Assembly (NCBI RefSeq): GCF_009914755.1
Contig: NC_060928.1
Reading direction: 5' to 3' (one strand)
DNA: 64,000 nt
From: the human T2T-CHM13v2.0 reference genome, Homo sapiens
Shown: in pieces, positions 56,244-64,000 of the stretch
Position numbering within the stretch: the stretch's first letter is position 1
Layout of the letters: every line of letters starts with the position of its first letter
Position numbers and translations under genes: made by a program
Notes under the pieces: generated by a model
Seen by the model: the letters and a program-made list of their open reading frames with translations, nothing else
Told to the model about the DNA's origin: nothing
Database searches by the model: none

Positions 56244-58929
56244 ACCATCTAAGTGGAAAAGGCAAATATGTACACATAATTGCCATGTGATGAAACAAAT
56301 AACATAAAGGTATTGGGTATTTCTGTGGTGAAGCATCTAACCTATCTAGATGGATCTTTAAAGAAGACATAGTTACTTAGGTGGACCAGATGGAGCAGGG
56401 AAACCCAGGCAGAGAGAACAGTTTTTGTAAAATGCAAACATGAAACAACATGATCTGTTGAGTAGATGGCAAGTAATTCAGGATGGCTGAGATAGACAGA
56501 GAGTGGCTTAGGGTATCATGAAGACAAGACTCAAAAAGCATGCCATGTCCTCATGGAAGCCCACCCCACTCTTCTCATCTTCTGCCACAACCTTTTTTCC
56601 CATGCTGTAGTCACTGTGTGTTCCTTCCTCACCCCAATCAAAATATTATATCCTCTGCCTCAGTCCTAGACACATTTAAAATAATAGCCTCTTATATTTT
56701 GCATAGTACTTTACAGTTTACAAAACACCTTTACTATATCATTTGACCCTCATAGCTGCCCAGTAGAGAACAAATATTATATCAATATATACAGTGAAAC
56801 CAATATTCAAATAGTAATCATAATAATAGACTTGCCCAAGATCAGAGGACTGTGCTATGGTTATTTTATGGGTAGAACCCAGACCTCTGCCTGGCGATCT
56901 AGTGTTCTCTCTTTGACACTACCTGCATTTTTCTCTGCTGTTTGCTTCTTGTGCTGTAATTCTCCGGTAACGCTTCTACATTTTGACAGAGCTTTCTGGA
57001 AATAATGTGTTAACCAACAGAAAAAGCTCAGAGTGGGAATGTTGGGCCTGGCAAGATATTTTTTTGGCCTGGCAGGCCTGTCAAAGCCCATCGAATCACA
57101 CATTTGCCTCACAAAGGGCCAACCCAGAGCAAAGCCCATGGGGATACTTCGCCGAGAGGAGCAAATTAAAGCACTTCCAAGTCAGGAAATGCCAAGCTAG
57201 ACTTTTCTATGGTGTTAACTTGCTGGCCCAAAGTACACCAAACAGTAATTTACCTACAGCCTAGCTGCAGAAAATTCCTACCCAGCCTAGCTGGAGGTAA
57301 ATCCTTCTCTGACTGTACTTTTGTCAGCGTTGCCAAGGCAACAACTCTCACCACTCTCTGGTCATTTTTAGTTTCAATGACAAAGTTTGCGTTGACTTAG
57401 CTGTAAGTCTGATGCAGAAAACTTTTACTCACTGGAATGCATGAGGAATGGGTTCCCTAAGTTTTCAACAAATCTGAGACTACATTGTCCCTTAAAAATA
57501 TTTGTCCACCATTTTGGATAGTAACTTCTCTAAGATTCTTCTCTCATATCTATGTCTTCCTCATACAATCTATAGAGCATAATTTAATTGATTTTTGAGA
57601 AGATCCTTTTGAAGAGTGGCCTTTTGAAAACACAAATTTTATTCCAACGTGAAGTTTAAATTCTTATAAGTTTGGGAAAGTGCCTTTCACCATTCACCCG
57701 TCTACCTTTCCAATCTCATATGTTGTTGGTCTCTTCCCATTCACTAGAGGAACACCGAATTAACCATTATTTTTGGAAGATTCACAGAACACACCACACT
57801 CTTTCTTATGTCTGAGTATTTATACACAAGGTAGCCCTTCATTCTTTTCTCTGCTAAGAAAATTCTTATGCAGCCTTGACTATCCAGCTCGATAACCACA
57901 TACACAAAATCTTTCAAATGCTCCTCCTAGCCACAGTCCCAGAGCATTTTGTACATAGGCCTTTATTGCAAGAATTTATGTGCCTGACTCCCTTACCTCA
58001 TCTTTGTACCCTAATGTCTAGTTAGCACAGCCCTGGCCTCATATAGGTGCTAAATACATAGTTAACATTATTACCAAATAAACAAGTACTAAACTCCATC
58101 AAAAATACCATTGACTTGGTGTTTACTATGTGTCAGACACTATGATAGGAACTTTCCATGTGTTTCTCACTAGTTCTCCTAACAGCCCAGTAAGTGCAGA
58201 GCCTGAAATCAGACTCAGCTCTCCTATTCCCCAAAGGCAGGCTTTTCCTCTATCCTACGTGGCACAGCACATTCTGAACAAATCAATGTACTAAACTAAA
58301 AGCACGGGGGTTGTTAATCAATTGAAGAGTGACTTGTGGCATCCATGCCATGCAGCAGTTAAACAGCCAAGGGTCAGAGCAGGCTGCAGGAGGTCAGGAC
58401 CCAGGGTTTGAATAGGCAGAGGGTTTGAGCAGGAATCAGATGCAATATGCAGAGTCAAAGGAGAAGCTGTCGCTGGAAAAGTCAAACAAATCTAAAACAC
58501 ACTTGGAGTCACATATGCAAATGTTTACAGGGCTAGGAAAACAAGGGAGAGGATTAAAGCAAGCCACATCACTTCCGCTCAGAAATCTTTTTCCTTTTCA
58601 CTGAATCCCATGGCCCTCTGGGTCTTTCATTTGACCACTTTGGATAGTAATCTACGTACAAGACGTAATTTACATTCACCTTCCTTCCACTCCAGGAAAA
58701 ACAATAATGCCTGCATATGGAAAATGGCAGCTGACACTGGATCACCATGCGGAGATTATCACTGGGAGATATTGACAGGCTTGATTCCAGGAGGGAGGTG
58801 AAGTCTGGAAAATTATTTCCAGATGGTGGAATTTTTAAAAAGAAGCTGGAAAGTTGCATTATTATGAAAGACCTAATTTTTAAAAATCAGAGCCATATGC
58901 AAAAATGTTTAAAATATTATGTGGGATCC

Positions 58930-59120
58930 AGCCAAATCTTCAACTTTATTGGACCTAAACATCAACTGGGGAGCTTGTTAAAACACAGATTATGGGGCCC
59001 TATGCCAAGAGATTCTGGTTCAGTTAAGTCTTGGTGGGGCCTGAAAATGTGCATTTTTAACAGGCTCCCAGGTGAACTGATGCTGCCAGCCCAGAGATCA
59101 CACCTGGAATAGCACAGGGC
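58930..59120. mobile_element. MER5A hAT-Charlie MITE
   Basis: ggggagcttgttaaaacacagatt...gagattctggttcagt...gcatttttaacaggctcccaggtga. Confidence 0.85.
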
Positions 59121-59329
59121 TAGACACAAGTAGTACCAGCTCCAGTATTCTGGCAGCCCATTTGGCATCTCTGGTCTAGAGATTTAGAGAAGGAAACTAG
59201 GAGCAGGAGACAGCCAAGTAAACCCTGGTCCTGGGATAGAAGTTGTGTTATATACACTTTGATGCTTCTCTTAGAAAAGGTGTCTTTAAGTAATATGGGT
59301 AAGATAGCAGACCTCCAAAAAACTTCTAC

Positions 59330-59700
59330 ACCTTGGCCTTGGACTAGGAAGAATTCAAGGATCCACAAGGTGCATGTAGAAATTTGTTGGGAATCAGACA
59401 GTCACAAACATAATTGGTAAATGGGATGGAAGAGGAGAGAGCTAAGGACCCAACATAATTTGGCTTAGAAAAACAAAGACCAAGTGGTGACTCACTAACA
59501 ATCTTCAAGCACGAGTGGGGAATTTAGGGGAAGACGGTGAACAGCTGTTTCTGCTTCTGCTGGGGCTTGGCTAATATAACCGGAGTTTCCAGAACAGCAG
59601 GAAGGGCTGAAGTAGAAAAAGAACTCCAGTACCTGACAGCTGTGAAAGATAGTCATTGATTGCCATGGGGGTTCCATCTTTCAGGTCTTTAAAATCGGAT
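59330..59700 (+). mobile_element. L3/CR1 fragment
   Basis: tttggcttagaaaaacaaagac...aacaatcttcaagcac...gtagaaaaagaactcc. Highly diverged. Confidence 0.45.
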
Positions 59701-59744
59701 AAATGATAGCTTCTTAAAACATTCAAAGACCCCCCTCTCCCTGT

Positions 59745-60110
59745 CAGTGTTTCTCAAAGTGCAGGACGCAGGCCACAGCTGGTAGAGAAGACATTTGGGT
59801 GCTGCACAGATAATGAATTAAGTGACTTTGGCTCATAAAAGGAAAGAGGTATTCCCTTTTCAATTGCCTTTCATTACTAGAGTGTGTCAAGGAGAAAGTC
59901 TACATGAAGTGCTGTCTTTCCCAACTCTCTAACACTTGCTGGTCTCCCTTTTAACAGACAGGAGGAGGTCTTAGCTGCATCATGTTACACAGGCAACAGC
60001 ATGTGTGAGGACTGACTGTCATTGTTTTGTTTCACGGTATTTAACGGTTTTCTCCCTGCAAAGTAATGCTGGTTTTCCATTTAAGGTAGCAGTAGAAAGT
60101 TTCCTCTTTC
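59745..60110. mobile_element. Old hAT-Charlie-type DNA transposon fragment
   Basis: Starts cagtgtttctcaaagtg; internal tcaaggagaaagtc...ctctaacacttgct. Subfamily not assigned. Confidence 0.55.
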
Positions 60111-60252
60111 CAAATCTGTGCACCCTTGCAATGAGACTTTGCAAACTTGCCTACCAAGAGGAGACTCTGAGAGCAATCAATAAATTAGAAAATCAATAAA
60201 TTTAGGAAGGCAAAGTCCACGAAATTATAGAGAGATATCAAGCCAAGGATAC

Positions 60253-60600
60253 TGTATTAGTTTGTTTTCATGCTGCTGATAAAGATATACCTGAGACTGG
60301 GCAATTTACAAAAGAAAGAGGTTTAATTGGACTTATGGTTCCACATGGCTGAGAAAGCTTCATAATTATAGAAGAAAGTGAGAAGGAGCAAGTCATGTCT
60401 TACATGGATGGCAACAGGCAAAGAGAGAGCTTGTGCAGGAAAACTCCCCCTTATAATAACCATCGGCTCTCATGAGACTGTCACAAGAGTGGCACTGGAA
60501 AGATCTGCCCCCATGACTCAGTTACCTCCCACCAGGTGTTTCCTACAACACGTTGAGAATTCAAGATGAGATTTGGGTGGGGACAAGCCAAACCATATCA
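60253..60600 (-). mobile_element. THE1B-like MaLR solo LTR
   Basis: tgtattagtttgttttcatgctgctgataaaga...gagatttgggtggggacaagccaaaccatatca. TSD gatac / tatac. Confidence 0.92.
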
Positions 60601-62499
60601 TATACTGATGGATGATGGCCATGGCAAAAATTGGCATATGGTAGGTGGAAGAATGATGTTTTAGAAACACGAATCAAATCGAAGCCTCCCTTTTATGAAC
60701 AAGAAAACTGAAGTTCAGAAAGTCAAAGGACATTCTCAGTTCCATGCAGCATTTGCAGGTGAAGCTGAGACTAGAGACAAGCTTGGTCAGGAGAGAGGAA
60801 GCGGGGAGGTGGAGGCTTCCATCAGCAGCACCTGCAGCATCCTTCTCTATAGCACAGCTCCTCATCCACTCCACCTGTGGTACATGAAGCCCTGAACGAA
60901 ACGGACCAGTTTTCACTCCAGTGCTGTGGCCATCTCTCTGTGTGACTTCACCTGTGTGAGCGTCTCTGTCAACAAAGTGAGACTCTAATTCAGGTATCAC
61001 TTGGGCAAAAAGTGAAGTACCACACACTAACATCCCTAAGTAAACTCTAAAAGGTCTCAAAATGGAAAGTGCAAGAAATAGAAAAGCATATTCTACTGCT
61101 ACTTCTCAAAATCTGATATTAATATGTCCTGATAATGGTAATATGTTAGTGGCTGAATATCAATTTTCTCATTAACTTTATCCTGCTTTGAACAGAAAGA
61201 AAAAAATAAACATAGCTTGCAAACATTTTATTTCTTCCTGAATTGACTCTCATGCATAAACTATTATTCAGCAGTGGCCTAAATTATATAATATTTTCAC
61301 AGAACTGTAGGTTTATTTCTTTCAAGCATATCTCGAGGCTTTCCTCATTCAGAAGGCAAGAACGTTTCATAATTAGCACACAAACATGCGTTTCAACAGA
61401 AATAACCTTTCATTATGTTGTCTGGAGTGAAATAGGTGTTTCTAAGGACTTAAGAGCAGACTTTATTGTTTAAAAGATATATATTCTCCTTGAAATTGGG
61501 TTCAAACTATTTTTTTGTTTATTAATCCATCTTTTAGATATTGCTAATAGATGAACTTTACCCCAGGCCTTCTCCAAATAATCACAGATTCCTAACGAAC
61601 ATGACCAAATTAGCAAGTTTTTACTATAAATATATTTAATGAGATTTGGTTGATTTGAATACAGTATTTTTTAAAATTAAGATTAATAAACTCTCAATTT
61701 CAGTTTAATAAAGAAAAAAATGCATTTAATATCAGCTTGCCAGAGATATTGCAGAAATGAGTGATTTCTATCCTCTGATAATGCAAATCTGTAACATCCA
61801 TCCTATTGCACAAATACATCATTCAGAAAGGTAAAGGTTGCTTCCAGAAATAATAGTTGTATAAAGGTGTTCCAACCCTCAGTAAATTAAAGATGCTGCC
61901 TCACTCCTACTCTCCATGCTGAACAGAACACTGGAGGAACCTATTAATAGCATCGTTAGTTTCAAGGAGGCAGTTTACATGGAATTTGGATCTTAATGTA
62001 CAGAAATAGATACTCATCTACTCTCCCAGCAATGCAACAATCTTAATGGAATAATATTTTCAAAATGAAAACTCTGCCCTAATGAAAGTCCCCTTTTTCA
62101 TGAAAATAAGGAAGAGATATAACAATGTCAAGGCTCTTCATTTACTTGAATGATCTCATAGCCTCACCAAAAATGTATACTTAAGCCCAAGGATTATTTT
62201 TTAGAAATAATAATGCTAAACTAACTGCAGAATATATTTAGCTGTAGATAATACAAACCAATAGACACTCAAACATTTTTTCTAAAAATGAAACTTATAA
62301 ATATTTATTTTAAAGGGTCAACAGTGTAAGTTTTTGTAGCTTAAGCAAGTTTAATGCCACCATGTAAAATAGCTGAAGTAAAGAGATTCTGTATATTTAA
62401 ACCTGTAATATGTTAACATCATTAGCTGAATTTTAGAATAGCAGACTTTGTTTTCATGTCCCAGAAACCAATTTGGTAGTAAACTAAGTTGCCCTTGGG

Positions 62500-62503
<4 letters not shown>

Positions 62504-62547
<44 letters not shown>

Positions 62548-62565
62548 ATGTGTGTGTGTGTATGT
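62504..62565. repeat. (GT)n compound microsatellite
   Basis: About (GT)20 followed by cgcatg(tg)n; alternating purine-pyrimidine. Confidence 0.97.
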
Positions 62566-62740
62566 AGTGAGTGAATAGCTCTCTTCAAGTATCTGAAGAG
62601 CATCTTAAGAAAGAATGATGGGATTTATTCCTTGTGGAACAGAATTAGAATGTGACTCACACTCCCTGGAACTGTGTAATATGAAGCCTGTACAACTAAA
62701 TGTGGTGACCCTGGTCCAAGAAATGAAAGGGATGAAAGCT

Positions 62741-63238
62741 TGATGGTTCCAAATATGGAAATTGACCTCTCCTCCCAGAATCTGTGCACCTTTGCAATGA
62801 GACTTTGCAAACTTTCCCACCAACTGGAGGGACCTTTTTCCTCAGTCTTTGAACCTGGAATGACCCTGTGACTCACAGAGTCTCAGAGTGATATTGTGCC
62901 AGGTCCAAGCCTAAGCCTCAAAAGCCTTTGCACACCTTTCCTCTTGTTCCTAGAACGCTGCTGCTGTGACATGAATGAGTTCAAACCACCCTGGTAGAGA
63001 ATAAGGGACCACAGCAAGGACAGACCAGCCATTCCAACTGATGCCATCCCAGACCAGCCAGACCCCAGCTGATCTTCCAGCTGCCCACAGATACATGACA
63101 GAGCCCAGCCACAATCAGCCTATCCTGGCCTGGTTCAGCAGAACCCACCCAGCCCATTGACTCAAGAGCAGTAACTAATGGTTGTTATCTTAAGCTAGTA
63201 AGAGTTGGGGTGGTTGTTTATGCAGCAAAATCTGTTAT
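62741..63238 (+). mobile_element. MLT1F/G/H-like MaLR LTR
   Basis: ctttgcaatgagactttgca...ccaagcctaagcctcaa...cagcagaacccacccagc...ggggtggttgtttatgcagcaa. Confidence 0.8.
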
Positions 63239-64000
63239 CTTCCATGATGAATTCAAAGCTAGAACAAGTGTTGCACTTTGAGTTTTACAACAGGTAGATG
63301 GATGGATTTGGGGCATTGAACCTTAGAAGAAACAGGGCTAACTGTGAAAGAACAGAGTGCATCCCTGAGGAAGTAGAGATGCTTTCCTTCAAATGGTCAT
63401 CTGGCTTGTGCTGGTAGCTGGGCTAGTGAGATACAGTAGCAGCCAGCATGAAAGAGACTTTTCTCCGTGTGGTCCAGCTATGTCGGCAGGACAGAGAAAG
63501 GCCTGTGCTTGCTGCACAACAGTGAGAAGTCACTGTAGAGAGGAGGTACAGGATGTGGGCTCTCCTTGCTTTGGGGTTGGAGTTGGATGGACATCCTCTG
63601 TAGGCTGCTTAGGCTCTCAATGATCTCAGGAAGGGTCACGAGGGCCCCAATTCCCCAAGAGAGCCCACTGTTCTTCTTGTCAATCAGATAGATGAAATTA
63701 AAGAAAGTTCCAAAGTAATTTGGATTCATAGAAATGCTCACATCTCAAATATTAAAGACCTATCCATATATGCTACATCAAAATTAAACATCCCTTTGTG
63801 TGTCATTTAATACACACACTGTATCTTGAATCTGTCTTGAGTAATATTCATATTATTATTCTGCCTTTCTTTTGTTTTGATTTGCCTGATATAAATTCAT
63901 TAATCTTGTTTAAAAAGTCTGTAATGTAATATGCATTTTAAAAAACATGATAACCAGGCACCACTGCCAGAGTTTAGGTCCAAGGTGGGGCCTGAATGTC

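Noticed and set aside
60674-61060. 128-aa ORF on the - strand
   Set aside because: Non-ATG start, overlaps a MIR-like segment, and shows no recognisable homology or splice support.

Overview
This is primate, almost certainly human, non-coding genomic DNA: a young AluYa5-type insertion is present and AluYa5 is essentially human-specific. It could be intergenic or deep intron. I found no intact protein-coding gene, tRNA, rRNA, CpG island or CRISPR array, and I could not identify the locus. Roughly half or more of the window is interspersed repeat. This includes eight Alus (J, S and Y lineages), a full-length but dead L1PB1 (about 27.8-34.4 kb, minus strand), a tiny L1PA 3' fragment and an old L1 5' fragment. 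It also includes solo LTRs (MER11A, MLT2A nested in a MER34/39-type LTR, two THE1, several MLT1, LTR40-like), DNA transposon fossils (Tigger3, MER5, MER20) and many L2/MIR/CR1 remnants. Almost all ORFs in the track are repeat-derived or chance. I see no new multi-gene biological system. The observations most worth follow-up are: a 108-nt near-perfect hairpin not explained by any repeat I recognise (54788-54895); a very young AluYa5-like element with an expanded internal A33 linker; a 160-nt candidate exon with an open frame in unique sequence (39421-39580); a 45-bp near-identical direct repeat 2.7 kb apart; a probable gene-conversion tract between two AluYs; and an old diverged local duplication. 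Subfamily calls come from remembered consensus features, not a database search. Boundaries of old repeats are approximate.
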